Source of the DNA: Myxococcales bacterium
GTDB taxonomy: Bacteria > Myxococcota > Myxococcia > Myxococcales > UBA5297
Assembly (NCBI GenBank): GCA_050942745.1
Contig: JBMNNX010000005.1
Span: 42 to 64,041, forward strand
Length of the DNA stretch: 64,000 nt
Reading direction: 5' to 3'
Shown piece after piece: positions 9,081 to 18,585 of this stretch. The position numbers were made by a program, and so were the translations under genes. Every line of letters starts with the position of its first letter. The stretch's first letter is position 1. The notes under the pieces are model-generated. The model did not search any database. It was not told the DNA's origin and saw only the letters and a program-made list of their open reading frames with translations.

Positions 9081-10024
9081 CAGCTCTCCGGTATCCCGGC
9101 GGGCGCGACGACCTCGGCGAGGATGTCCGCGGCACCGCGCGCGAGCAACGCCTCGGCGGCCCGCCTGCCGAAGCTCTCGACGTCTTCGATCGACGTGAAC
9201 GAGGCGCGCTCTCTGAAGCGCACAACCGTCCTGCCGTCCGGGTCGCCGACCATGCCCATGAAGTCGATCTGGTTGCCCGAGACACGCGCGTAGCCGGCGA
9301 TGGGCACCTGACAGCCGCCACCGAGCCGCGCCAGGAAGGCGCGCTCGCAGCCGACCGCCAGTCGCGTCGTCGCGTCCTCCAGCGCGGCGACTCGGCCGAG
9401 GGTCTTGGAGTCGTCGCCGCGCGTCTCGATGGCCAGTGCCCCCTGCCCCGGCGCGGGCACCATCACCTCGGGATCGAACAGAGCCGCGATGCGCCGGCCG
9501 AGCCCGAGCCGCTTGAGCCCTGCCGCCGCGAGCACGCCGGCGTCGAGCTCGGCGTCGATCTTGTCTAGCCGCGTCTGCACGTTGCCGCGGATAGGAACAA
9601 CCTCGAGATCCGGCCGCACCGCCTTGAGCTGGCAGGCGCGCCGCAAGGAGCTGGTGCCGACCCGCGCGCCAGCCGAAAGCGCCCCGAGGGACGGATGGCT
9701 GCTCGAAACGAAGGCGTCCCGGGGGTCCTCGCGCTCCGGGATCGCGGCGAGGACCAGCCCCTCGGGCAGGACGGCCGGCATGTCCTTGAGCGAGTGGACG
9801 GCCAGATCGATCGCCCCCGCGAGTAGCTTCTCTTCAATCTCCTTCACGAAGAGGCCCTTGCCGCCCACCTTGGCTAGTGGCGCGTCGATGATCTTGTCGC
9901 CTTTCGTGACTATTTCGACGAGCTCGATCTCGAGGCCCGGCTCGCGCTCGCGAAGCAGCGCGCCGACGTGGCGCGCCTGCCAGAGAGCGAGCGGGCTCCT
10001 GCGCGTTCCGACCCGAATCTTCAT
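9080..10024 (-). CDS. hemC: Hydroxymethylbilane synthase (porphobilinogen deaminase)
   Basis: MKIRVGTRRSPLALWQARHV... followed by VEIVTKGDKIIDAPLAKVGGKGLFVKEIE and AVHSLKDMP, the canonical HemC blocks. An ATGA overlap joins it to hemA. Confidence 0.9.
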   Translation of the reverse strand: MKIRVGTRRSPLALWQARHVGALLREREPGLEIELVEIVTKGDKIIDAPLAKVGGKGLFVKEIEEKLLAGAIDLAVHSLKDMPAVLPEGLVLAAIPEREDPRDAFVSSSHPSLGALSAGARVGTSSLRRACQLKAVRPDLEVVPIRGNVQTRLDKIDAELDAGVLAAAGLKRLGLGRRIAALFDPEVMVPAPGQGALAIETRGDDSKTLGRVAALEDATTRLAVGCERAFLARLGGGCQVPIAGYARVSGNQIDFMGMVGDPDGRTVVRFRERASFTSIEDVESFGRRAAEALLARGAADILAEVVAPAGIPES

Positions 10025-11352
10025 GCCGTCTCCGCCGAGCGCCTCTGCGCTCGGGTCTCCGCGTCCGCCCCTGCGCCCGTGGCCTCAAGCCCGAACAGCT
10101 CGGCGACGCTGGCCGCGAGCCCGCTCGCCTCGCCCTGTCCCGACGTGGCCGCCTCGCGCAACCGCAGGGTCGGCTCGTGCAGCAGCTTGTTGACGATGGC
10201 CCGCGCCATCGCCTCGACCGACCTGCGCTGGCGCGGCGTGATCGCCTCGCCAAACTCGGCCAGCGTGCGCTGCGCCTCGGCGCTCGCGATCTGCTCGGCG
10301 CGCGCGCGCAGCAGCGCCAACACCGGAACCGTCCCGCGCACCCGCCGCCCCTGCACGAAGCGCTCGAGCTCCGCCTCGACGATGCGCTCGGCCTTGCCCG
10401 CCTCGACCGCGCGCGCCTCTCGCCCCTCGGCGACGACCCGGCCGAGATCGTCGACGTCGTAGGCGAAGACGTTCTCGAGCCGGCCGACCTCGGGCTCGAT
10501 GTCGCGCGGAACGGCGAGGTCGACCAGAAACAGCGGCCGATAGTGGCGCTGGCGCACGACCGGCTCGAGCATCGCCACGCCGAGGATCGGCGCGGGCGCC
10601 GCGGTCGAGGAGACGACGATGTCGGCCTCCACGAGCAGCTCGGGCAGCGCGCTGAACGGCCGGGCGACCCCGCCGACCCGGACCGCCAGCGCCTCGGCGC
10701 GCTCGAGGGTGCGGTTGGTGACCAGGACCGTCGAACCGTCGGCCGCGAGCTGCTTTGCCGTCAGCTCGCTCATCTTCCCGGCGCCGATCAGCAGCACGGT
10801 GCGCCCTCGCTGGCCGCCGAACACCTTGCGCGCGAGCTCGACGGCGGCCGAGGCCATCGACACCGGCGAGGCGCCGATTCCGGTCTCGGTTCGCACGCGC
10901 TTGGCCGCCGCGAAGGCGGCCTGGCAGGCGTGGTCGAGCGCCGTGCCGACGGTGCCGGCCTCCTTCGAGGCCGCGAACGCCTCTTTGACCTGCCCGAGAA
11001 CCTGCGCTTCTCCGAGGATCATCGAGTCGAGGCTGGAGGCGACGCGAAACAGGTGCGCGAGCGCGTCGGCTCCCCGGCGCACGTAGAAGCAGCCCGGCGA
11101 CTCCGGGCAAGCCCGAGAGACGAGCGCCTGGCGCAGCAGCTCGGGCGCGTCCATCCCGCCGAAGGCGTAGGCCTCCACCCGGTTGCACGTCGACACCAGC
11201 ATCAGCTCGTCGGCCCCGGCGACATCTCTGAGCGCCGCGAGGAAGCCGGCGAGCTCCGATGGGACGATCGCCAGGCGCTCTCGCACCTCGACCGGGGCCG
11301 TCTTGTGTGACAGGCCAACCAGGGCGTAGTCGCGAAGGCAGAGGGGGGGCAT
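10021..11352 (-). CDS. hemA: Glutamyl-tRNA reductase
   Basis: I trimmed the track ORF to the ATG at 11352 (MPPLCLRDYALVGLSHKTAPVEVRERLA). The catalytic-Cys block LVSTCNRVEAYAF and the NADPH fold VLLIGAGKMSELTAKQL are present. Confidence 0.85.
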   Translation of the reverse strand: MPPLCLRDYALVGLSHKTAPVEVRERLAIVPSELAGFLAALRDVAGADELMLVSTCNRVEAYAFGGMDAPELLRQALVSRACPESPGCFYVRRGADALAHLFRVASSLDSMILGEAQVLGQVKEAFAASKEAGTVGTALDHACQAAFAAAKRVRTETGIGASPVSMASAAVELARKVFGGQRGRTVLLIGAGKMSELTAKQLAADGSTVLVTNRTLERAEALAVRVGGVARPFSALPELLVEADIVVSSTAAPAPILGVAMLEPVVRQRHYRPLFLVDLAVPRDIEPEVGRLENVFAYDVDDLGRVVAEGREARAVEAGKAERIVEAELERFVQGRRVRGTVPVLALLRARAEQIASAEAQRTLAEFGEAITPRQRRSVEAMARAIVNKLLHEPTLRLREAATSGQGEASGLAASVAELFGLEATGAGADAETRAQRRSAETA

Positions 11353-11440
11353 GGCTACTGGAACTCCCCCGTGTGAGCGCCTATCGGAAACACCCGCAAC
11401 CCCACGAACGAACCGAACAGGATGGCAAAGCCAAGCATCG

Positions 11441-12175
11441 TCAGCACCGCCGCCCCCTCCATCCGGCGAAGATGCGCGCGTGGACAAGCGCCGTGTAGAC
11501 GAGCCACCCGACCAGCGAGAGCGTCAGCTTAGGGTCCCAGCGCCAGAATTCACCCCAGGCGAGCTTCGCGATGACCGCCCCCGTCAGGAGCGTGACCGAC
11601 AGCGCCACGAAGCCCCAGCGCATGAGGCGGTTGCTCACCTCGTCGAGCACCTGGAGTGAGGGCAGCCGCGCAAACACGACCCCGAAGCGCTTCTTCTTCA
11701 TCTGATGTTCGAGCAGCAGGTAAGCAACCGAGGCGCTGGCCGCCAGGGCAAACGCAGCGATGCCCGCAAAGGCGACCCCGACGTGGACCGGCAGCCCCGC
11801 CAACTGGAGCGACGCGGGGAGCAGATGGCGCTCGGTATGCATGAGCGCGGCCGGCACCACGACGGCAACTAGGAGCGGCGTCGAGAAGGCGCCGATGGCA
11901 GGCAACCGGTAGGCCTTCTGCACCGCGAGGAGGCCGCCGGCCAGGAACCAACCGAGCAGCGAGAACGCCTCGGCGGAGCCGTGCGCGGGCGTATAGCCGC
12001 GTGAGAAGAAAGCCTGGCCAATGACGAGGGTGTGGAGACCGAAACCAAGCCCGAGCGCAGCGAACGCGGCCCTGGCCACCTTTCTATTCGCCCGGAGGAA
12101 GTAGGCCAGGTACAGGATGGCGGCGAACAGGTAGAGATGGCTCGCCCAAGAAAGGAGTGGGCGGATCATCGGCAC
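11441..12175 (-). CDS. CcsA/HemX-type cytochrome c assembly family membrane protein (244 aa)
   Basis: Polytopic membrane protein with the Trp-rich heme-handling block AKLAWGEFWRWDPKLTLSLVGWLVY. It sits directly upstream of hemA, as hemX-type genes do in other hem operons. Confidence 0.7.
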   Translation of the reverse strand: MPMIRPLLSWASHLYLFAAILYLAYFLRANRKVARAAFAALGLGFGLHTLVIGQAFFSRGYTPAHGSAEAFSLLGWFLAGGLLAVQKAYRLPAIGAFSTPLLVAVVVPAALMHTERHLLPASLQLAGLPVHVGVAFAGIAAFALAASASVAYLLLEHQMKKKRFGVVFARLPSLQVLDEVSNRLMRWGFVALSVTLLTGAVIAKLAWGEFWRWDPKLTLSLVGWLVYTALVHARIFAGWRGRRC

Positions 12176-12254
12176 TCCAGAGGAGGGCTCGTCCGCGCCG
12201 GCTCAGGAGGCGCAGGCGGGCGCTGCCAAGCGGCACGGAAACACGGGCAGGAAC

Positions 12255-12641
12255 CTAAGATAGCTTGTCGAGAAGGAGCTTGGCCAACATTTCAGCCTCG
12301 GGGTTCTTCCTCTCGGTCGGGCCGCCAGCGGGCCGAGGGCCTTGCGCGGAGGGCTCCTCGGCGATCCAGCCGGGAGCGACCTCGTAGACCGTCTCGCCGA
12401 CGATGACCGAGGTCCCGCATTGGTCGGCGCCCATCGCCTTGAGCTGCTCGGTGCTCTTCACCGTGCCCACCAGGCCCGTAACGTCGTCCCCGGATTCGAC
12501 CCGGAGAAAGCGCGCTGCCTCGCGCACGACGAACTTCTCCCGACTGTTGAGATCGTGAAGCAGCCCGGCCCGGATGTCGGCCTTTCCGGCCTCGAGCCAA
12601 CTGTCGAGCAGCGCCTGGGGAAGGAATCGAAGCATCGTCAT
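12255..12641 (-). CDS. Hypothetical protein (128 aa)
   Basis: The translation is clean and non-repetitive (MTMLRFLPQALLDSWLEAGKADIRAGLLHDLNSREKFVVREAARFLRV...). It is the only protein-like frame here. I recognise no family. Confidence 0.5.
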   Translation of the reverse strand: MTMLRFLPQALLDSWLEAGKADIRAGLLHDLNSREKFVVREAARFLRVESGDDVTGLVGTVKSTEQLKAMGADQCGTSVIVGETVYEVAPGWIAEEPSAQGPRPAGGPTERKNPEAEMLAKLLLDKLS

Positions 12642-12713
12642 GAGGCTGACCCTAGCATGCGACCGCGAGCCGCCGCAAAGCCAACAAGGAGAGCCAATTC
12701 GCGCACTTAGCAG

Positions 12714-13310
12714 CTAGTCCCGCCGAGCGCCGACGGCGGCGGAGCGCGCCCAGGCCCGCCACCGCTCCGAGGCGTCCGCGCCTGCGCCTCCGATGTTGGA
12801 TCCGGCCAGTGCCTCGAGCGAGCGCAGCGCCTCCTCGCGGACCGCGGGCGCCGGGTCCTCCAGCCTGTCGGCGAGCTCCTTCGCGAAGCGCCGGCCATCA
12901 CCCCGAAAACGCGCCACCTCGCACGCCAGCGCCCGCACCGAAGGGTCGGCGTCGACGAGCAGCGCCTCGAGCGGTCGAATCCGCAGGGCTTCCGGCCGTC
13001 CGGCGACTCCGGGCAGCAACAGCATCAGGAAGAGCACCCCGACGCCCACCTGAAAGAAGGCCTTGCCGGCCGGATACCTGCGGGCGCGCACGAGCCCGAA
13101 GCGGTAGACGGCGAACAGGACGACGAAAGCGCCAAAAGCGATTGTCGCCCCCAGACGCACTCCCTGCGGCAGCACGCCCGGGTGCGTGCTCGCCAGCAGG
13201 GCACCTGCCGCCGCAAGCGCGAGCATCGCGTAAAGGACGAGCGCGAGCAGTGGCGTACGAGGCAGTTTCCAGGAGCCGACATGCGGCTCTGCCGAAGTCC
13301 GAGCCCTCAT
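12714..13310 (-). CDS. Membrane protein with C-terminal HEAT-like repeats
   Basis: Three hydrophobic helices (LLALVLYAMLALAAAGALLA, ATIAFGAFVVLFAVY, VGVGVLFLMLLLPGV) precede DADPSVRALACEVARF...LEDPAPAVREEALRSLEAL. The start is uncertain (13310 or 13385). Confidence 0.5.
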   Translation of the reverse strand: MRARTSAEPHVGSWKLPRTPLLALVLYAMLALAAAGALLASTHPGVLPQGVRLGATIAFGAFVVLFAVYRFGLVRARRYPAGKAFFQVGVGVLFLMLLLPGVAGRPEALRIRPLEALLVDADPSVRALACEVARFRGDGRRFAKELADRLEDPAPAVREEALRSLEALAGSNIGGAGADASERWRAWARSAAVGARRD

Positions 13311-13559
13311 CACCTGATGCCTCCTGCCTCCCGCAGGCGCGCTGCGTCTGCGCGTCCTGCTTGCAGCGCCCGGCAAAGGCTCCACGCCGCGCCGCCGCGC
13401 TCGAACGGCCTTCGGCAGCGCTCGCCCTCGAGCCGAGCCCGCTCAATCACCGGCCTGGACGAGCGAAGGCGCAACCGGCGCGGCGTGGTGGGCGGCCGCC
13501 AATGCCGGCCTCGGCGCGCGCTCACGGCCAAGACGAAGTCGCGCAAGCCGTCGAAGTGC

Positions 13560-13973
13560 CTAGAACGCTGAAACGCGTTCGTAGCCCGGCAAGTCGATGT
13601 GCCACTTGCCGTCTTTCTGCTTGCGGAAGGTCCACGCAAAGAACTCGTCGTCGTGCTTCTCGGCCTCCTTGCCGCGAACCCGCCACGTGTAGCTCATCAT
13701 GCCGCGGGCGATGCACACGTTTCCGGACTCGACGATGCTGTCGACCCTCTTCGAGAAGCCGTAGGTGCCGTTCCACTGCTCGCCCATCACGGCCTTGAAG
13801 CGCTCAAGCGACTTGACCTTCTTCTTGAAGTCGGGCGTGAGCATTTCGTACATGCCCTCGTAGTCCTGGCCCTCGATCATCGAAAAGTAGGATTTGAAGC
13901 TGCCCTCGCAGGTGTCTTTCGGGCCGTTACAGGCCGCCAGCGCAAGGGCCGCAATCACAGGGACAAGACGCAT
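13560..13973 (-). CDS. Small lipoprotein, NTF2/SnoaL-like fold suspected (137 aa)
   Basis: Lipobox MRLVPVIAALALAACNG. The globular remainder ends with FFAWTFRKQKDGKWHIDLPG, which is typical of DUF4440/NTF2-like proteins. The family assignment is tentative. Confidence 0.6.
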   Translation of the reverse strand: MRLVPVIAALALAACNGPKDTCEGSFKSYFSMIEGQDYEGMYEMLTPDFKKKVKSLERFKAVMGEQWNGTYGFSKRVDSIVESGNVCIARGMMSYTWRVRGKEAEKHDDEFFAWTFRKQKDGKWHIDLPGYERVSAF

Positions 13974-14087
13974 GGAGTACCTCCTCGAGCCTTTCGGCGT
14001 GCGCGAGTTTGCCGACTATAGCAGGCTGGGCGGCGGCCTGTTCGCGCGAGGCGAAGCCCGCATGCCCCTGGCGGATCGCGAACGGCG

Positions 14088-14630
14088 CTAGCCGTTGCGC
14101 TCGGAGATCAAAGGGCGCCCGTCCTTCGGGTCAAGCTCCTCTTCGGCCGCCTCGCGCAGCTTGAGCAACCCGCGCGTTTCAACCTGTCGGATACGCTCGC
14201 GCGTCAGGTTCATGATCGCGCCGACCTCTTCGAGCGTGATGCCGCCCTTGTCGGCGACGTCGAGGGCGCAGGTCTCTTCGAGCTCCCAGATCTCCTTGTC
14301 CGGGAAGTTGAGCTTGATCGACCCGGTCTCGGGATTGACGTCGAGGTAGAGGTGGTGCTTGCAGGAGACGAACAGACACGGGCGCGGGCCATTGATGCAG
14401 TCGGCCCGGGTATGAGGACGAAGCTGCTCGATTGACCTGAGCAGCTCCTCCTCTTCCGGGTCGATGAGGCCGAGCATGCGGCGGCGGCGCAGGTCGCGGG
14501 CCATCTCTTTGCGCGACATGGTCTTGGAGCGACGCACCCCTTGACGTCCGCCCTCGGATTCGTTGGCCGCGAGCGCCCCGTCCTCGGGCAACTGCTCGGA
14601 GTCGTTGTTCACGCGCTTCGGCTCGTTCAT
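14088..14630 (-). CDS. Sigma-70 region-4-only HTH protein with an upstream Cys/His cluster
   Basis: I trimmed the track ORF to the ATG at 14630 (MNEPKRV...). [29 protein letters not shown] is a sigma-70 region 4.2 HTH. It is preceded by [16 protein letters not shown]. No regions 1-3 are present. Confidence 0.65.
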   Translation of the reverse strand: MNEPKRVNNDSEQLPEDGALAANESEGGRQGVRRSKTMSRKEMARDLRRRRMLGLIDPEEEELLRSIEQLRPHTRADCINGPRPCLFVSCKHHLYLDVNPETGSIKLNFPDKEIWELEETCALDVADKGGITLEEVGAIMNLTRERIRQVETRGLLKLREAAEEELDPKDGRPLISERNG

Positions 14631-14737
14631 GCCCCTCTCCTTGACCTTCCCGCGAAAAGCATTGGCCGGCATTTCGGCCCGCTGTCAATTGCCACCCCCG
14701 TGGTTGCCCCAAGGATCTTTGCGCAGCTTGGCGGACA

Positions 14738-15268
14738 CTAGCCGCCCGCTCTGTCGGAGGGTGGCGCACGCGGTTCGGTCGCCGCCAGCTGGCTCGCGAT
14801 GAGCTCGAGCTGGCGCACGAGCTTCTTGCCATCACGCCGGGCCTCGCCCATGGCGCGCTCGAGGCTGCGGCGCATCTCCTGCGGGAGGTTTCGCGTCTCG
14901 AGCTCCTCGATCTGCCGCGCGAGCGCCGTGTCGAGGACGCGCTCGAGCTCTTCAATGTCGTTGCGGAAGCAGACGAACGAGCGGCTTATCTCCTGGAGGG
15001 TCAAGCCCTCGGCCATCATTCGCTTGATGACGTTGATGCGCCGCACGGCGCCTACCGGATAGAGCCCCTGGCTGCCGCGGTGCTTGCCCTTGCGCCCGAC
15101 GCGGCGGCTGCGCGGCAACAGCCCGACCTGCACGTACTTGCGAAAGGTCGCTTCGGACAGCTTCACGCCGAGGGGTCGAAAGATCTCGACGATGTCGCGC
15201 GCCGGGAGGCCTTTCGCGTGCTCCCTCTCGATCTGCTCGAGTTGCTGCGGGTCGAGGAGTGGCGCCAT
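14738..15268 (-). CDS. MerR-like HTH protein with coiled-coil tail (176 aa)
   Basis: LSEATFRKYVQVGLLPRSRRVGRKGKHRGSQGLYPVGAVRRINVIKRMMAEGLTLQEI matches the MerR HTH-wing-helix layout. A GGAGAG ribosome-binding site lies upstream of the ATG at 15268. Confidence 0.6.
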   Translation of the reverse strand: MAPLLDPQQLEQIEREHAKGLPARDIVEIFRPLGVKLSEATFRKYVQVGLLPRSRRVGRKGKHRGSQGLYPVGAVRRINVIKRMMAEGLTLQEISRSFVCFRNDIEELERVLDTALARQIEELETRNLPQEMRRSLERAMGEARRDGKKLVRQLELIASQLAATEPRAPPSDRAGG

Positions 15269-15310
15269 TGAGTGGATTCTCTCCAGTGGTGGCTATCGAA
15301 TGGTGTATCG

Positions 15311-15340
15311 CTGATATCTTCTATTGAGTATACCTGTCAA
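15311..15340 (-). promoter_or_regulatory. Candidate sigma-70-type promoter for the MerR-like gene
   Basis: On the minus strand: TTGACA (15340-15335), an 18 nt spacer, then TATCAG (15316-15311), about 42 nt upstream of the ATG. It lies in a locally AT-rich island within GC-rich DNA. This is a sequence match only. Confidence 0.3.
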
Positions 15341-16665
15341 GCGAGAGGGGAACGGTGGAGCTGTCAGCTCAAGCAGCGGGCGCGGCTCGCGCCGGGGCTG
15401 GGGCACACGCGCACTTCGGCTATCGGCCGCCAAGCCGGAGGCGCCTCAAACGGTCTGCGCGTTCGGCCGATACGCCCTTCAGGCTGCGCCCGACTCGGAA
15501 GACACCGAGCTGGCGCTTCGAACGAATCGCGTCGCTGGCGCCTGGAGTCAGCGCTACTTCGCCGGCCGATGCTCCACCGAGATCTCGGTACTGGCCTTGG
15601 CGAAAGACCGCGGCGGCGAGCCGCGCTCGAGGTGCAGGCGACGATCGAGATTGCCGCGTTCGCTGCGGCCAAAGTGCCCCCCGGGTCCAGAGGCCGCAAG
15701 CGCGAGCGATAACGTTGGCGATCGGGACTGCCGTCGGCGACTGGCCCTATCTTCCACGGTGCCATGCAGCAAGACGCGAGGGCTTGCGCTCGCGCGGAGA
15801 ACGCGCTCGCGACGAGGCGCACTTCGGTCCCTGCCTCGCCAAGCTACGCGCCCGCGTGGAATGCGCGGATGGCTACGGCGGACAGGTCTTGGCCCTCCTC
15901 GAGCGCGGGGCGCCTGGAGACTTGGTGAACCGCCGAGTGCAAGGCTTCGCGCGGCTGGGGCGGACGCCGGGTAGACGGCCGTCGTCGCGAGCCCAGGGCC
16001 GCATGGCCACGATGAGCTATGGCCGGCGCCCGAATCGATGCGCGGGCCGCCGAAGGCGGTTCCACGCCTCCTCCGATCGAGCTGATCGGGAAGCGCCTCA
16101 AGATCCGTCGGAGCGGAGGGCGTCGCGGCAGACAGTGCCTGCTCTTCGTCCGTCTCGCATGCCCCCGGCGCAAGCGGTCGAATCGCGAGCGGAGGTCGCG
16201 ATTCGTGGCAGCAGCATCGGAGAAAGCGGCGAAGGTCGGTCGCGCAGGCGACGATGGGGCTCGCCGCGGGCTGCGAGATGACCCCCGTCGCCCGTGTCTC
16301 GTCGAGAGCCCCAAAAGGCCGAACTGGAGGCGACTGCCTCGTTGAGCGCCGCGTCGAGCACTGAGGGAGATACAAGGCGGGAAGCCGGTCGAATGAAAAG
16401 CTCTCTTCGACTCCTGACACCGGATTCGCGCTCACTCACAGCGCAGCTCGTCCACCTGTGGGCACCGCCGCCGGCCTGCGCCCGTGAAGCGCACAAAGCG
16501 GCATGTCGAGAGCCCGCTCTCGGCAAACCACTCGACGCGTTCGTTCCGGAGCACTTCGTGGCTCGCGCAATGCGCCGAGGGTTAGCCCTCCGCGCCGCGT
16601 CACGTCAGCCGGCGAATCGTCGAACGGATTCGTTCAAAGGCCAGAACTGCGGGCGGGCACGCGCC

Positions 16666-18561
16666 TCAACCTTCGAGCCCGAAAGGATCGGTGATGCGCG
16701 TTTCTTGGCCGGGGCGAAGCGTGACCGGAATGCTCGTTCGCCGACCCGAAGGGTCCTGCACGTGCACGACGTGCCGTCCCACGCTCAGAATCCTTCTGAT
16801 GATCGGCGCAGCTTCCTGTTCCCTGCCTCCGGTGAAAGTCTCCTGGTCTACCCAGACAAACGCCCAAGGCTTGACGTGCACGACAAGGACGCCGGTCTGC
16901 TTCTCGGGAACGGTCTTGCGGGTGTTCGCCTTGGGCTTGGGCGACTCTATGCGCTGCGCGACCGGCGCTGCGGCAGCGACAGGCGCCTGCTCGGCCGCTT
17001 GCTGTCGTTGTTCCTGCGCTCCACCAGCCACCGGAGCTGCAGAGGCCCGTTCTGGCGCTTCGGGTGTTGTCTGGGCGCTTTCAACGCGCGGTGCCGCTTG
17101 TGGCCCTTTGCCGGGCTCGACCTTCTGCTGCTCCGAGGCGAGGGGGGCCATTCCATCGGCGATCTTCGGCGACGAGGCTGCTTCCGACGCGGCCGCCACG
17201 ACTGCAGCCGTTTGGCCTTCGACCGCTCGCTCGCCCGCAGGAGCCTCGTCCCTCGATGCGGCGAGAGCGACGAGCCCAGCGATCAGGACCGCACCGCCAA
17301 TCGCCGCCACCGCCGCGATTCGCCTGCGGCCTCGCCAGAGCCTTTGAATCCGCCCCTTCGCAGCCTCCAGCGACAACGGTCGGTCGCGCTTCGTGTCAGC
17401 AACCACGCCTTCCTGGCGGTCCGCGGGTGCAGGAGGAGTCGAGCTCGTACTCGACGGCGCCTCGCGGCTGGCACGAAGAACCGTCTCGGCGAACGGGTCG
17501 TCGCCTTTGACGGCGGGCCCCGAACCGAGGAGCGCAGGGACTTGAGCCGCCACGGCTACGCCGGCTTGCGCACGTGGCGCAGCGGATGCCGCCGCCCATA
17601 AGGCGCGCAGCGCCGGCGGCTCGTTGTAGAACCGCCGCATGAAGCCTTGGAGATCGTAGTCCCCCGGACCCTTTGCTTCTCGGTGGATCACCTCCCCGAG
17701 CGCGTCAGCAAACTCAAAAGCCGATTGAAAGCGGTCGGCCGGATCGCGCTCCAGGGCCTTCATGATCACCGCGGATAGCCCCTTGGGAAAATCTGGGTCC
17801 ATGCGCGCGGGAGGGACGACGCGCCGCGCCTGCACCGCCTGCTTAACCGAGCCCTCGTCGCTCGCGTCGAACAGCGGCTTGCGCAGGTTCATCGCCGCTT
17901 CGTAAAGGACGATGCCGAGGGCGAAGACGTCGGTTCGAGCGTCGAGATCGCCCCCCAGAATCTGCTCGGGGGCCATGTACAACAGCTTGCCCTTCAAGAG
18001 CCCGACGCTCGTGCGCCGCTCAGCAGGCCTGGCAATGCCAAAGTCGGCCAGCTTCACGTCCCCTTCAAACGACAACAAGATGTTGTGAGGGCTGACGTCG
18101 CGATGAATGAAGTGCGAAGGCCTTCCCTGCTCATCGGGCACCTGCCACGCGTGCGCGAGCCCACGGGCGACCCCTCGGCATATCGCAGCGGCGATCAACG
18201 GCGAGAGCCTCAGCTCGGGCTCGGTCTTGCCTCTGGTGTACGACTCGCTGTTGAGCTGCTTGAGCGTGACCCCGTGAATGTACTCCATCGCGAGGTACAG
18301 CTCGCCCTGCTCTTCTGCGAAGTCGAAGATCTGGACGATGTTCGGATGGCTGAGGCGGGCCGCGACAGCCGCCTCCTGCATGAACATCTCTCGAAAGCCG
18401 TGCTCGCAGGCGAGCTCAGGCAGCATCCGCTTGAGCGCGACAGGCTTGGAAAACCCGGCGTGCCCAAGCGACCGGGCCAGATAGACCTCCGCCATCCCAC
18501 CGGCGGCCAGCCTACCCACGACCTCGTACTTGCCCAGCCTATCGCCAGCCAGCAGCTCCAC
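16666..18561 (-). CDS. Receptor-type Ser/Thr protein kinase (631 aa)
   Basis: GTG start. Kinase blocks are present: GRLAAGGMAEVYLA, VALKRM, HRDVSPHNILLS, DFGIARP and APEQ. One TM helix (IAAVAAIGGAVLIAGLVALAA) is followed by an Ala/Pro-rich ectodomain ending in a degenerate PEGA-like module. Confidence 0.85.
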   Translation of the reverse strand: MELLAGDRLGKYEVVGRLAAGGMAEVYLARSLGHAGFSKPVALKRMLPELACEHGFREMFMQEAAVAARLSHPNIVQIFDFAEEQGELYLAMEYIHGVTLKQLNSESYTRGKTEPELRLSPLIAAAICRGVARGLAHAWQVPDEQGRPSHFIHRDVSPHNILLSFEGDVKLADFGIARPAERRTSVGLLKGKLLYMAPEQILGGDLDARTDVFALGIVLYEAAMNLRKPLFDASDEGSVKQAVQARRVVPPARMDPDFPKGLSAVIMKALERDPADRFQSAFEFADALGEVIHREAKGPGDYDLQGFMRRFYNEPPALRALWAAASAAPRAQAGVAVAAQVPALLGSGPAVKGDDPFAETVLRASREAPSSTSSTPPAPADRQEGVVADTKRDRPLSLEAAKGRIQRLWRGRRRIAAVAAIGGAVLIAGLVALAASRDEAPAGERAVEGQTAAVVAAASEAASSPKIADGMAPLASEQQKVEPGKGPQAAPRVESAQTTPEAPERASAAPVAGGAQEQRQQAAEQAPVAAAAPVAQRIESPKPKANTRKTVPEKQTGVLVVHVKPWAFVWVDQETFTGGREQEAAPIIRRILSVGRHVVHVQDPSGRRTSIPVTLRPGQETRITDPFGLEG

Positions 18562-18585
18562 CGCTCGGTCCCCCTCTGGCCTCCG

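Noticed and set aside
10021-11487. N-terminal extensions offered by the ORF track. Examples: hemA from 11487, the XRE regulator from 1047, a lipoprotein from 7562, a kinase from 20910, the outer-membrane protein from 21757, the VWA protein from 34612, cpaF from 61804, the MshEN protein from 52799 and the hypothetical protein from 45690.
   Set aside because: In each case the extra N-terminal residues are Arg/Gly/Pro-rich or overlap the neighbouring gene. An internal ATG immediately precedes the recognisable conserved N-terminus, signal peptide or lipobox, often with a Shine-Dalgarno-like purine run upstream.
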